In this document: piece after piece, positions 1 to 12,974 of the stretch
Layout: each line of letters starts with the position of its first letter
How positions within the stretch are numbered: position 1 is the stretch's first letter
NCBI RefSeq assembly: GCF_009914755.1
Contig: NC_060927.1
Direction: 5' to 3' (one strand)
Source of the DNA: the human T2T-CHM13v2.0 reference genome, Homo sapiens
Length of the DNA stretch: 64,000 nucleotides
Position numbers and translations under genes: made by a program
The notes under the pieces: model-generated
Database searches by the model: none
What the model saw: the letters and a program-made list of their open reading frames with translations, nothing else
Told to the model about the DNA's origin: nothing

Positions 1-1026
1 TCTCCTTTGTTCTATGATATTTTCTAGTCTTTATTTTAATTTAGATCTTATCCAAAGGTAATACAAACGAGACCAATGACATTGTCTTCAGAATCAGAGG
101 AGTGCAATACTAGGCACTTGGCAATTCATCTGTAGATTATTTTTGCACCTGCACAATTCCTTTCTGAATTACGCACTCACAGGCCTAATGCCATGCCTCA
201 AGGGTAGATCAAGGTGTGCTCTGGCAGCAGTCATCTAAGTAAATTTCCCAGCACCTGCAAATATTAATTGTTAGTTGAATTTGGACAGCTGAGGTAGGCA
301 AGTCCTTTTTTTCTCCTGTCTTCTTTTGCATGTGGTTCCAATCACAATTATGACTAACTAAATAATATCTGATATTAATCAATGCAAATTCACTTCTAGG
401 TCGGGTTAGTTTCTACAGTATTGAAGAGGGGAAATAATATTCTTTTAAACTGGTGATTAAAATTAAGATTTATTATGGTTACCAAAGAGAAAAAATATTG
501 TGTTAAACATCAATGATGATACAGTGTTTAAGAAGAAAATAAATAGTAAATTGCATACATAAATTCCTGACTAACATTGGTAACACTTTCAAGTTGAGGG
601 GGAGACAAAGGTGAGGAGGTCAGAAGCAAATTCTGTAAGAAGACTTGAAACGTGACATTCGTTTCCCTGGTGCAAATGGTAAACTTGGTGCCTGACAAAA
701 GTCAGTAGATTTTGGGTGACTATATCCGACTAACACCTGTTTAGGGGCAGGAAGATGTTGCACCTGAACCAACATCCCTTTTCTTAATTTTACTTTTGAT
801 TTTCAGCACTCAGCAGAGTGAGTAGTGCAAATTAGAAACTCCATAAATATTTGCTGAGTGAATAAATAAGTCAATAAAGCAGTTCTACACTTTATTTTCT
901 AAAGAAGATAATGAGATAAAGCCTGAAAGTATGAAGATGGAAGGTTCTCCTTCACTCTAAAGAAATGAAAATATTCCTCAACCTTTGGCTAGTATTTACA
1001 TCACTACCAATTCACATATAACAAGC

Positions 1027-1324
1027 TTTTTTTTTTTTTTGAGACGTAGTTTTGCTTTTGTTGCCCAGGCCGAAGTGCAATGGCACGATCTCAGCTCAAC
1101 AAAATCTCCGCCTCCTGGGTTCACGCCATCATCCTGCCTCAGCCTCCCAAGTAGCTGGGATTACAGGCATGCACCACCGCTCACTGCTAATTTTTAGTAT
1201 TTTTAGTAGAGACGGGGTTTCTCCATGTTAGTCAGGCTGATCTTTGACTCCCGACCTCGGGTGATCCGCCCGCCTTGGCCTCCCAAAGTGCTGAGATTAT
1301 AGGCATGAGCCACCATGCCCAGCA
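1027..1324 (-). mobile_element. Alu SINE, AluSp-like, full length
   Basis: Poly(T) followed by reverse Alu body (ttgcccaggc...tttctccatgttagtcaggc...ctcccgacctc); TSD atataacaagc at 1016-1026 and 1325-1335. Confidence 0.95.
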
Positions 1325-1419
1325 ATATAACAAGCATTTTTTAAAATTAATTTTCAGTATGGGAAATAGGGTAGGGGACTGATATATTTTTCAGGAACCA
1401 GGCTAGGCATGCTATATGC

Positions 1420-1525
1420 ACCGTTTCATGACATAGACATCATACCTCTCATTTTGCAGACTGTGAAACTGAGCACTGGAGAAGTGGACTAGCTAGCTAA
1501 GTGACACACTGCTGTTAAGTGACGA
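1420..1525 (-). mobile_element. MIR fragment
   Basis: Reverse MIR core cattttgcagactgtgaaactgagcac...gtgacacactgctgttaagtg; boundaries approximate. Confidence 0.6.
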
Positions 1526-2546
1526 AACTACTTAATACTTTTTTAGGAATGGGACCCTTAAAAGGCAGGATAAGTAACTTTTAGAAATAACAGAAAAAAC
1601 GTTTTTGAATAGCTCATATATATTTTATGGTAAGCTACTCTATAATTAAATAATATATGCTTTTATTTTGGTTTTTGTTTTTAGTCCTAAAAATCCATGC
1701 TTTTAAATTAAATCAGGGTTCAAAAGTAAATATTAATGCATATATACATATAGATACAAGTAAAATAAAAAAGCAAATAGATTTTTAAGCAAGTCTAGTA
1801 TTAAAACATTAGATTCTGCATTTCATTCAGAAGCATGCACTTAGTATCAAATTATGGAATCTTAAATGGATAAGACTCACTGACTCTGTTGGGTTTAAAA
1901 AATGAGGATGAGAGATACTTGGAAGGAACGACCGTAGTAGGTCATAATGACTACCATAGAAATATGTGAATGGTCTGTGTAACCAGGAAATAGTGAAAAC
2001 CTTTCCATCAAGAGAAAATGTGAGTGGGAAAATACAATCAAGAATAACCTGGAACACACACACACACTCCCACTGAGTCAACATTTTGTTTGTTTGGTAA
2101 AGTTTATTTCCTTCTTATTGTGCTCAAATGCATTAAATTGAAAACTGCAGTGCTCATTTATAAATACACCAAATGGAGTTATTTTATAAAAAGACCAAGG
2201 TAAATGAAAGTTCATAGAAAACTGGCAAGTAGTTACTATTTTATAATACTAAATTAAAAATTATTTTCCTACAAGGTAGTGAAGACTTTTTAAAAAGGAC
2301 AACGATTTGATCAGTTTTGTATATTTAAAAGATTATTCTGTTATCATTGTAAAGAATAGTTTGGGAAAAATGCAATGAGTCGTAGATACATGGCAATATG
2401 TAATGGTTCAAACAAGAGATGATGAAGGTCTCACGCAGAACAGACAGGAGGCAACTGTAAGGACAATCAGGAGCGAGGACAGTAAGAATGGGTCATGAGT
2501 TACAGGGCAGTTTTACAGGGAGATAGATAAAAAGAAGCCACTCCAC

Positions 2547-3000
2547 TATTCACAATAGCAAAGACTTGGAACCAACCCAAATGTCCAACAATGATAGACT
2601 GGATTAAGAAAATGTGGCACATATACACCATGGAACACTATGCGGCCATAAAAAATGACGAGTTCATGTCCTTTGTAGGGACATGGATGAAGCTGGAAAC
2701 CATCATTCTCAGAAAACTATCGCAAGTACAAAAAACCAAACACCGCATGTTCTCACTCATAGGTGGGAACTGAACAATGAGAACACATGGACACAGGAAA
2801 GGGAACATCACATACCAGGGCCTGTTGTGGGGTGGGGGGAGTGGGGAGGGATAGCATTAGGAGATATACCTAATGTTAAATGACGAGTTAATGGGTGCAG
2901 CACACCAACATGGCACATGTATACATATGTAACAAACCTGCACGTTGTGCACATGTACCCTAAAAAGTAAAGTATAATAATAAAAAATTAAAAAAAAAAA
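2547..3000 (+). mobile_element. 5'-truncated L1 (L1PA4-like) 3' end
   Basis: ORF2 C-terminus (MIDWIKKMWHIYTME...), 3'UTR G-tract, aatgttaaatgacgag, poly(A); TSD aaaaagaagccactccac at 2529-2546 and 2996-3013. Confidence 0.95.
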
Positions 3001-3151
3001 GAAGCCACTCCACAGAACAGAGCAAATTTTCTAAGACTGCATACAAAGACTTCAGACTTCACTATTAGAGCTTTCTATCTCGTTACTTTAGCTTGAAGAA
3101 TCGTAAAAGAATAAGTTTTTAACATAGAGTGGTAACATAGGACATGGCCAG

Positions 3152-3514
3152 TGTGTTAGTCCATTTAGGATGCTTTCACAAAAATGCCACAGACAATGGG
3201 TGGCTTAAACAACATTTAATTCTCATCGTTCTGGAAACTGGGAAGTTGAAGATCAAGGCACTGGCAGATTGAGTGTCTGGGGAGGACCCTACTCCTGGTT
3301 CATAGATGGTGGCTTTTTTCTGTGTGAGAACATGGCAGAAGAGGTAAGGCAGTTCTCTAGGACCTTTTTTATAAGGGCACTAATCCCATTGATGAGGGTT
3401 CTACCCTCAGCATCTAATCACCTCCCAAAAGCCACACCACCTAATACCATCATCCTGGAGGGTAGGATTTCAACATATAAATTTTAGGGGGATACAAATA
3501 TTTAGTCCATAACA
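3152..3514 (-). mobile_element. MaLR solo LTR, MLT1A/MLT1A0-like
   Basis: TG...CA termini (tgtgttagtccattt...ttagtccataaca); 5-bp TSD gccag at 3147-3151 and 3515-3519. Confidence 0.9.
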
Positions 3515-3639
3515 GCCAGTTTGTAGAAACTTCTTCCCATTTTGTATACATGATGCATACTTTCTGTTTTCTCCTCCAGACGCACTTCTCTCTCTTTTCC
3601 TGCCACTCCCACCTCACCTTTCTGCCCTGTGAGGCTGCA

Positions 3640-4202
3640 CTTTATGGACACCCTGGCCCTCTGCACCAGGCCCTGTTTCTGTGTCCCCAGATCTGCATCA
3701 TTGCATTGCTTGTATTTTGTGCAGCCCTGGCAAGGACTAGCATTGTCCTGAAGATCGTGGACTTAGATATTGCTGATGCGTCAGGACTCTGCTGTGATTA
3801 TCTGCTTTCTTTGAGATCACTCAATGGCACATCCACACAGAACCTTGGCTCATATTTCACATTTATCTCCTTGCACCATGTAGCTTCACAATTGCTGCTG
3901 AAAAGGTGATACCATGAAGCCGCTCAGCACCCATGCATAGCACAATCCAGATGGTCAGTTATCATACTTCACGGGGCTCTTAATAGCCAATGGAGCTTCC
4001 ATACCACTTCTCTGGAGACGTTTCACAAACCTAAGCAATCTGCTTATTGTGAAGATGTGGCCAGCTTAGGTAAAGTACTTAACATTTTTTTAATCTCTCT
4101 TTTTTGCTTCATCCCCCTTTCTCTGTTTTGTTTTTATTGGATTATAGTCTCAGATAATATGATATCACAGGCTCTGTTTTAAAGTATACTTGGGCTAAGA
4201 CA
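3640..4202 (+). mobile_element. Old ERVL-class LTR (LTR16/LTR33-like)
   Basis: 3' end caggctctgtttt...gggctaagaca resembles the terminus of this LTR group; 5' boundary uncertain. Confidence 0.35.
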
Positions 4203-4596
4203 CCTTATGGCTTCCAATTTGGAACAATCAGAGATATGGCAAGAATATGTTAATTCAGAAGAGAGTGAATTTGGGGTTTTTGTTTCCCCGACTTTATCTT
4301 TCCCAATTTCACTCCAGCCTTCTCCTACCACTATACATTTTGGGTTCCAGTATCTGCTCCTTCCCCTTGTCCCTCCAAGTCTAGGTGAGATAATGACTCC
4401 AAGATGGTGAACCATCTCTTACTGCTTTATCTTAACCTTCCTACACCTTTATAATTATTTGCTTTATTACGCATCCTAATTACTTGGTTGTTTTTTTCAA
4501 TATCTCATTTATAAAGGCTTGCAACTGATCCAGAGAATATAGCACATAAGGAAAGTTGGAAATTGACAGGTTGGTGATCTTAGAATAGGAACAATG

Positions 4597-5126
4597 TCCT
4601 TGCGATAGTTTGCTGAGAATGATGGTTTCCAGCTTCATCCGTGTCCCTACAAAGGACATGAACTCATCATTTTTTATGGCTGCATAGTATTCCATGGTGT
4701 ATATGTGCCACATTTTCTTAATCCAGTCTATCATTGTTGGACATTTGGGTTGGTTCCAAGTCTTTGCTATTGTGAATAGTGCCACAATAAACATACGTGT
4801 GTATGTGTCTTTATAGCAGCATGTTTTATAATCCTTTGGGTATATACCCAGTAATGGGATGGCTGAAACACCACATGTTCTCACTCACAGGTGGGAATTG
4901 AACAGTGAGAACACATGGACACAGGAAGGGGAACATCACATGCCGGGGACTGTTGTGGGGTGGGGGAGGGGGGAGGGATGGCATTAGGAGATATAACTGA
5001 TGCTAAATGACGAGTTAATGGGTGCAGCACACCAACATGGCACATGTATACATATGTAACAAACCTGCACGTTGTGCACATGTACCCTAAAACTTAAAGT
5101 ATAATAATAATAATAATAATAAAAGA
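4597..5126 (+). mobile_element. 5'-inverted (twin-primed) L1, L1PA3-like
   Basis: 4597-4865 is antisense ORF2 end; 4866-5126 is sense 3'UTR plus A-rich tail; TSD agaataggaacaatg at 4582-4596 and 5127-5141. Confidence 0.93.
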
Positions 5127-5429
5127 AGAATAGGAACAATGGAGAAAGCCAGCCAAGTTTATAGAGGGATCATGCCAGAAAAAGATTTGACCAACTTGAT
5201 ACAGAGGTTGAACTACATTTCTAACGTCTTCGAGGTTTAACATTCCATGATCCTAGTTAAGGAGGGCATACATCCCTTGCTATCAATCATATCTATTGAA
5301 TGAAATAATAGAGGGAAAAATGTTGGTAGATTTTCTTTTTGAGTTATGTCAGTAAATGATAAAAAGTAAGCAGGAGAGATGCTTTGATATATTAAAAACA
5401 AACAAACAGAAAACCCAAAAAGCACTCAG

Positions 5430-5615
5430 CTTAGAATCAGAATAGAGGAGACTGTGCTGTCACTGAGATACTTATTAACTACATGACACTGAACAAATTA
5501 TTTCCATCCCCCTAGTCCTAGTGTTCTAATATGTAAATTAGGGATGAAAATGCCAACTCACATGGGTCACATGGTTGTTATAAAACTTAAATAAGATGAA
5601 GCATGTGAAAATACG
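5430..5615 (+). mobile_element. MIR
   Basis: acatgacactgaacaaattattt...atgtaaattagggatga...ggttgttataaaacttaaataagatga matches MIR core and 3' part. Confidence 0.6.
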
Positions 5616-6794
5616 TTATTTTCATAGAACATTAGTGATATTATAAATATGGGTGTAAATATTTGCTCTTTGTTGAAACAGTCTAATGTGCATTAAGAAT
5701 TGCAACTGGAAATTATGAAACAATACCTTGGACATGTCTTTGGGAAGACAACAGGCCCTGCACTTCACCTGCTTCACCTGTGAATTCACCTTTATAAGTC
5801 TTTGCCTAAATAATGCACTTAGATACAATATATCATATAAATATAGAAAGCATATCCATTTTATGTTATTTTTCAACCAAAAAATCATTTTTCTGGGTGT
5901 CATTTTACAAAGATGTTTCTCCAGTCAATATAACTGAATATTTTTTTCTGACATTTTTACTATTTATCCAGTGCAGTGAAAAAAGTCACCTTTCCAAAAC
6001 AAACAAAAACAAGTGCCTTCTAGGAAGACAGCCACAGGCATAGATGAAGACTGAAGCAAATCCCGGTCCTTAGGTAAGGCTTAGAGCCAATTCCTCTGGT
6101 TCCACAATGCTTTGCCCCATTCTGTGGATAACACTGAGCTGCTTTAAACCAGCTATTCATGGTTTCAATGCAGACTCCGTCTGAAACTGCAGCATATGTT
6201 ACCACAGACATTTGATTCTCTTGTCTTCTGAGACTGACTCAAAAAGGGCATTTATCAACTGTTCTTGTTTTCTTTGGTTCACATGTTGAGGTTTTGCTGA
6301 CATCCACTGTAGAATTGAAATCAGATCCAATATCCCATCAATTTTCAGCATAGAAAAGCAGACACACTTCAGCTATGTCACTGCATCAGCAGTAAACATA
6401 TTTAATAATATCAATTACTGACTGCCACACTTCCATGATCTGGAAAAACATACAGCCTCTTGGAGATAGAGTCTTCTGTGACTAAAAGAATAACGCATTT
6501 ATTATAGAGTGTGGCACAAACATTTTCAGCAGATACTAGCTATGCAGCTAAAGGAATAACATAATCTTCTGTGATTATTTGGGAAATAGATACTAAATAA
6601 ATAATCTAATTTCTCTAGATAAGATTCTCTAAGAAATCACTGGATTCCTTTAGAAGAACTGGATTTAAATATCCCAGAGAAATAAACTGAGTCTTGAAAA
6701 TTACATATAGTTAAATTTGACATTGTGATAAATTGGTTGTTTTTTTGTTGTTCATCTTGATAATTGCTATCCTCCATTAGCTGCTCTATATGTT

Positions 6795-6920
6795 TTCTCA
6801 TTTTATTATGTAAACAATCATGTGAAGTAGACATCAGTACACCCGTTTTATGGAAGAGGAATCAGGAACTTTGAAATGGCAAATAATTCAAGGCCAGCAG
6901 CTAGTAAATGAGAGAGACAA
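6795..6920 (-). mobile_element. MIR fragment
   Basis: aacaatcatgtgaagtag...cccgttttatggaagaggaatc...cagctagtaaatg is reverse MIR. Confidence 0.55.
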
Positions 6921-7155
6921 ATATTAAACCATTTCCTGTTAATGTAGGACTAAATTCTTTCAACTATATTCTAATGCTGTGGGTTCTGTTCAAGAAGCCA
7001 TTAGGGATTCATTTCTTTAAGATTTTGGTTTTTAAGTCTACAAAGATTGTTCTTTTTTAGAAGCAAAACTTTTTTTACTGTTATCCTTGTGACCTCACAG
7101 ATAATGCTCTACTCGATTGAAAAAGACTTTTTGTGATATATTCCCCTAGATAGTA

Positions 7156-7159
<4 letters not shown>

Positions 7160-7194
<35 letters not shown>
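7160..7194. repeat. (TG)n microsatellite
   Basis: Uninterrupted TG run. Confidence 0.97.
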
Positions 7195-7197
<3 letters not shown>

Positions 7198-7623
7198 TAA
7201 GTGCCTAGTCTCAGCCTTTTGTAGGATCCAAGGTGCTTAGCTAAGGGTCATATTGTGAATGAATATTCCCTTACCTTATGGAGGCAATAATTAAATAAGG
7301 GCTCTAAAACTTTAAAAAGTTAAAAAATTTGAAGTTTCTAGGAGAGAAAGGATGGGGTCCTGATCTTGGAAACACTCACCCAGCCAAAGGAGGTAGGGAA
7401 GAAAGCCCTTTCCTCTTTCCTGTCATCCTCCTCTTTTTAGGTCTATGGAAAAGTGTTTCTGTTACCTGGGTAGACCCATCGGTACTGCACAGGCAGTGAT
7501 GGTGTCCTTAGATTCTCATGGCCCTGGAGTGTGATGAGTCAGTTAAGTATCCCCAGATGGGGGAGCTACATACATGGGACTACTCCTTGGGGGACTATGA
7601 AACTGACATAGAACTTGGCTGGT

Positions 7624-7843
7624 CAATGAGAACACTTGGACACAGGGCGGAGAACATCACACACGGGGGCCTGTGGTGGGTTGGGGGGATGGGGGAGGGA
7701 TAGAAATAGAAATACGTAATGTAAATGACGAGTTAATGGGTGCAGCAAACCAACATGGCACATGTATACATATGTAACAAACCTTCACGTTGTGCATATG
7801 TACCCTAGAACTTAGAGTCTAATAAATAATTTTTTTTAAAAAA
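7624..7843 (+). mobile_element. Short L1 3' end (L1PA5/6-like)
   Basis: caatgagaacacttggacacagggcgg...gcaaaccaacatgg...taccctagaactt; TSD agaa(c/g)ttggctggt at 7610-7623 and 7844-7857. Confidence 0.92.
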
Positions 7844-8880
7844 AGAAGTTGGCTGGTTAAACTTCAGTTGGAAAAATGGTAATATTGAAAGCAAATTTTC
7901 CAAAAACTTGTGTCCAAGAGACAAGAAGAGCAATGAGGAATTCTAGCACAATGCTGAGGTGAGATTCACGGGCTAAGTCCTGGGCTCTTGGAGTAAGGCA
8001 AGCTCCATTATTGAAAAAGAACCTCCCCACTTTGTGAAGAAAACTGGGCTAGGGAAGAGAGTCAATCAGTTCTCTGCCTCCACATGAGAAGAAGGCTGCA
8101 TTAACCCATTACAGTAAATTCCTTGTGACTAGCTACAGGGAGGGGCTATATTTTGGAGACTAAAACGGTAGGAATTTCTTCCGGATGATAGGGAATCTGT
8201 GAGCCACAGCAGAGGATGAGCACAAAGCCACTGTGCCTGGTGCCCCTGGGTTTCCAGATTTGCTTACTTACCTTACTACAGCAGAAGGAACTTTTCAGTT
8301 TCCTGCAGATTTTCTGTTCACTTTTCCCCTGCTCTTTACACATATCAATTAATTTAATCCCCAAACAGTATTATGAGGCAGAGAAAGACTTTACACACTG
8401 TCAAGATAGTGTTACAAACCCAGACATCTGGCTCCACAAGCCATGAGCTGAAACATTTCTTCATACTGCCAGAGGTTGCCCATTAATTAGTGCTAGAACA
8501 ATTTTGTATAAAAATACAGCAGGGATAGTGCAGGGAAATTTTAGTATGAATGTATACTAATAGAGAAAGATTGATCTTGTTGCTACTCCATTCTGGAGAA
8601 TCCAAGGGACTTTAAGCCTCTTTGTTTGAAGTCCAATAAGGATCTGTTACCATCTTTCCAGGCTGGAGCCAGGACCCTGCTGGAAGGTCCAAAAAGGTAG
8701 AAAGAAGCCAGGGCAAGGCAGGCAAAAAGAACATGGGGAGAAGAAGGCTAGGAAAGAAGGAGATACCTGATAACCATCTGAAAAAGACCCTAAAGGGACT
8801 GAATGTTTCCTGTTAGAAAAAGCAAAGAAGAGTTCTGTATTATATCCTTCATTTTGTTTTCGTTCACAAGGGATTAATAA

Positions 8881-9626
8881 TGATATGGGCAGAAGGAAGG
8901 GAAATACTAGGCAGAAAAGGGTGGGGTTCCTGACAAATCCCTACCCTCAAGCCTGGGACCACAGCCCAAAGTGAGAACATACACTCCTGTTTCCCGCCTT
9001 GAAAGTTGCTTTTTGGCCCGCCCCGCCCCCCATCCTGCATGCATAAAAACTCCAGACCCCACTGTCAGAGCAGCAGAGAAAGAGAGAAGAGAAGCAGCAG
9101 CTGTACATTGAGAGAAGCAGCTTGGCTTCAGAGGGATGGCCTGACAGTGGGACTTCATGTAAGAGTTCAGCTGGGGGATGGCTGGACTTCAGGGGAAGAC
9201 CACCTTCCTGCTCCACCCATCCCCTTTCCAGCTCTCCACCCCGCTGAGAGCCATTTCTACCACCCAACAACATTCCGAGCATTTACAACCTTCAATTCAT
9301 TCCTGTGACCTGATTCTTCCTGGATGCCTAACAAGGCATCACACTGCCCCTCCACTGAGCTGTTTAACACTTAAGCTGTCCACAGACGGCAGAGCTAAAA
9401 GAGCGCACTCTAACACATGCTCTCTAGGGCTCTGGGGGTTGTGGGCACCCCTACTAGATGGCATGGAGATCTACTCCTGCCAGCTGCCCAGAAGTGCTCG
9501 TCCTGGCCCCGGCACCCACTCACCTGCGTGCTCCCCATCCCATGATGGGGTGAGAGCTATGGGCTGAGTAAAGGAGCAACCTCTTTGCAAGTCTTGTGAA
9601 GAGATCAAGGGAACTATCGTGTTTCA
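8881..9626 (+). mobile_element. ERV1 solo LTR (LTR1/LTR9/LTR27/MER52 group)
   Basis: Starts tgatatgggcagaaggaagggaaatact and ends gggaactatcgtgtttca; GC box (ccccgccccc) and TATA-like cataaaaa; group-typical gacggcagagctaaaagagc segment. Confidence 0.8.
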
Positions 9627-10068
9627 ACAGTAAGGCTGATTTCCTTCTGTTCACGGACTATCCCTTCTGCTCTTCCAGACAGTTCAGCCACAACTGAGGG
9701 GTTACATTTATTAATTATTGTAATTACAATAATTATATAATTTATTATTGTAAAGTTCTTGTTTATGCATTAATCTCCATCAATAGACTCTGAGTTCCTC
9801 CCAGGCAACTCCACATTCATTTCATACTTGACCCCTGCACCCAGCTCACCGGTGCTGTTGAATAAATGAGAAAACAAATGTTATGTTTTTGTGTCCAGCT
9901 ATTCAGCTGGGATGTCTATAGAACACTTTTGTTAGTAAATGATTTTATCTAACATTTCTCCAGTGATTGGAAAAATTTCATACCCTAGAGGACGTTATTC
10001 TCTCTCCAGAACTTTGAAACAATGGAGACTGGGGTCTTTGCCTGTGGGACTACAACCTCCGAGGGTAT

Positions 10069-10520
10069 TGAAGGGGAGGAAAGATTTCTTGTTTCACACT
10101 TCACTAGGTTCATGGCTGAGGCCTCTATAACAAAAGACATATTAACAAGAGAAAAACATACAAATGTATTTGACATAATTTTTACTTGACATAGGAGCCT
10201 TCAGAAATGAAGACCTAAAGGAAGAAAACCTGTGTAATTTTATATTTAGATATGATGAAGTGTGGATAGTCATGCAGAAGAGTGATTGGACAAAGAGTGT
10301 ATAATTTAATGGCAATGCATGGGACAACTTAGCAAGGACTGCGTATTCAGATTCTCCTCTGTGTCCCAGTGTGTTTAGAGATCAAAGGACATTCCTTTCC
10401 TGCAGCAATGTAACCTGCTTCAAGGGAAAGGGTGAGGAGGTAAACGTGACTTTCCTGCTTCTGCTGCTTTCTCAAATGCCAAGGTGCCATATTTTAAAGT
10501 AGTGTGTCCTGACGGCATCA
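10069..10520 (-). mobile_element. ERV1 solo LTR, MER67-like (MER4 group)
   Basis: Reverse strand starts tgatgccgtcaggacacactactttaaaatatggcaccttggcatttgag; 4-bp TSD gtat/gcat. Confidence 0.75.
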
Positions 10521-11147
10521 GCATAATCCAGCCACTGTCTCCTATCAGTTCTATGGGAGATTGATAACATACGTAGAAACAAAGTTGGGCCAAATTTCAC
10601 TTCAGAATGAATATGAACATCAGTGAGTGGCAGTGAAGACAAAGAAAGGCACAAGGTTCAGACCCAGAGAATCGTGTAACTCCTGCATGTAATATGTGCT
10701 CAGGGCGTGCTGAGCTGTTGGCATATTTAGAAATCATATAATTAGTATGGATTTTTTTTTTAGTTTTTAAAAACAAACCCTATGGCTTGAATATTAAACA
10801 CACTGTGATTTCCCAAAATAGAAACTGCTCTAATTTGTCATATTTTATTTTTAGGATGATATGCGAATATCAAAGTCAGAAAACAACTTCTCTACATTTA
10901 TTTAAAATTTAGACCTATTAATGGCTTGTGTGTGTATCAAATATAAAGATAAGAGGAAAAAGTTAATCACTTTAAACATTTTCAGCCAAAGAATCAAACT
11001 GAAAAATTCTTAAAGGCTAAAATTATATTTATTATATTTATTGTAGAAGCCAGATTTATTCCATTTTGGTCCCAGAAGGAGAAGACTAAGAGGCCATTTA
11101 ATGTAGCTATTGGGATGATATATCATCATATTTTTCTTACTTGATCA

Positions 11148-11465
<318 letters not shown>

Positions 11466-12689
11466 CAAACAGTCAACATGGCAACATTATATGTAATAAT
11501 TTTAATTTTTACTTATTCATTTGGATATGTATGGGGGGAGGGGATAAGTCAAAATGGCAAGAGAGTTGGGCGAAACTGGCCCCTTTCACCACCACGAAGA
11601 CACACCTGTTGTTATTTGTTAATAATCAAAGAGCAAAACAGTTGTCTAATTGAATATATGTCATGCCAGATTAATTATTTAATTAACTGGGCAAACTTGC
11701 CACTCTTTTATTTAAAACTATGAGAGCAATGAATTCATATTACCCTCCCTAAATGTAAGCCTGCTTGTCAGCCATTTCTCCCCATCGCTGACCACTCTGT
11801 GATTCTGTGGTTTCTTCCATCATCTTCCTTTAGACCTCATTACTATAACAACTGAAACTTCCTGGTCCACTGACCACAAACTACCCTATACTTCAATGCC
11901 TCCACTTGCATTTCTTTCTCTGCATTGCCTGAAATCTAGCTCTCTTCTAGTGGTCCTCCTGAGCAAGGGCGTCTTATTCCTCACTAACCTACATATCAAT
12001 GGACGTGAGGTTGAGATGGTGCTGTCCTATCTTCCAATTGCAGCCGTGGCTATTACATGACTAGCTTCATCTTGGAGACTTCATTATCCATGTTCATGAT
12101 TCACTAACATCGTCATCTCTTATCTAGTTGTGAAGACATTTACCAGACCTGTCATCATCTTGAAAGTATTTACATTTGGAAAATTAAATATCAGTGCATC
12201 TGAATACCATGTACAACACTTCGAACTTTTTTCATTTTGTTATTTCCATTAAACAGTTTATTTCTATGTAGTAACAAATATCTTGGTTTCTTTTTTGCTC
12301 CAAATATATTGGTCCCTTCCTCAATGTATGTGAATCCCTAGAACAGTGTCTTTCATGATGAAAGTATTTACTGAATACTATCTTGGTGTGATTGTTGTTG
12401 CTATTGTTCTTCTTACAATAATTAACATCCATATGGACCCGATGGTTTATCATTTTGGCCACTTTTTTTATTATTTCTTTTGATTCTGTGGCCTTGTTCT
12501 TTCTTCATTGTCCCAATCTGGCAAATTCTAACATGGGCTAATCTAACCCATTGCTTTTCCGTTTCATTCTCACTATCCCATTCCCCTCAGTAAATTGATT
12601 CTTTTTTCTCCCAGAGCTCCCGACAGCACACTTTTTCCAATTCTAACCTTGTTTCTAGTTCACATTAGGAAAGAAGAGATAGATGCTGA

Positions 12690-12870
12690 CAGTGAAGTAA
12701 TACTCAGCAATTAGAAGCAATTGACTAGTTGTTCACTAATCAGCATGGATAGATTGTGAAAACATACTGTGGAGTGAAAAAAAAGAAAGGTAAGGAAGAG
12801 AAGGAGATATATAGTACAATACAACATTTGTGTTGATTAAAAATACATGAACACAGGATGACACTAAATG
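12690..12870 (+). mobile_element. Old L1M(E) 3' fragment
   Basis: aatactcagcaattagaagcaattgacta...agcatggatagattgtgaaaacatactgtggagtgaaaaaa is typical L1M ORF2 end/3'UTR. Confidence 0.55.
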
Positions 12871-12974
12871 TGATGGAAGAAGCTAAGCCTCGTTCATAAT
12901 ATCTACGTGGGTTTGTTGCTGTGCTCTACTGAATGTTCTTTCAGTTTTAGCCCTGGGGCCATTATAGTCAACTT

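Noticed and set aside
2591-5081. L1 ORF2-like peptides (MIDWIKKMWHIYTME...)
   Set aside because: C-terminal scraps of 5'-truncated L1 copies without promoter or catalytic domains.
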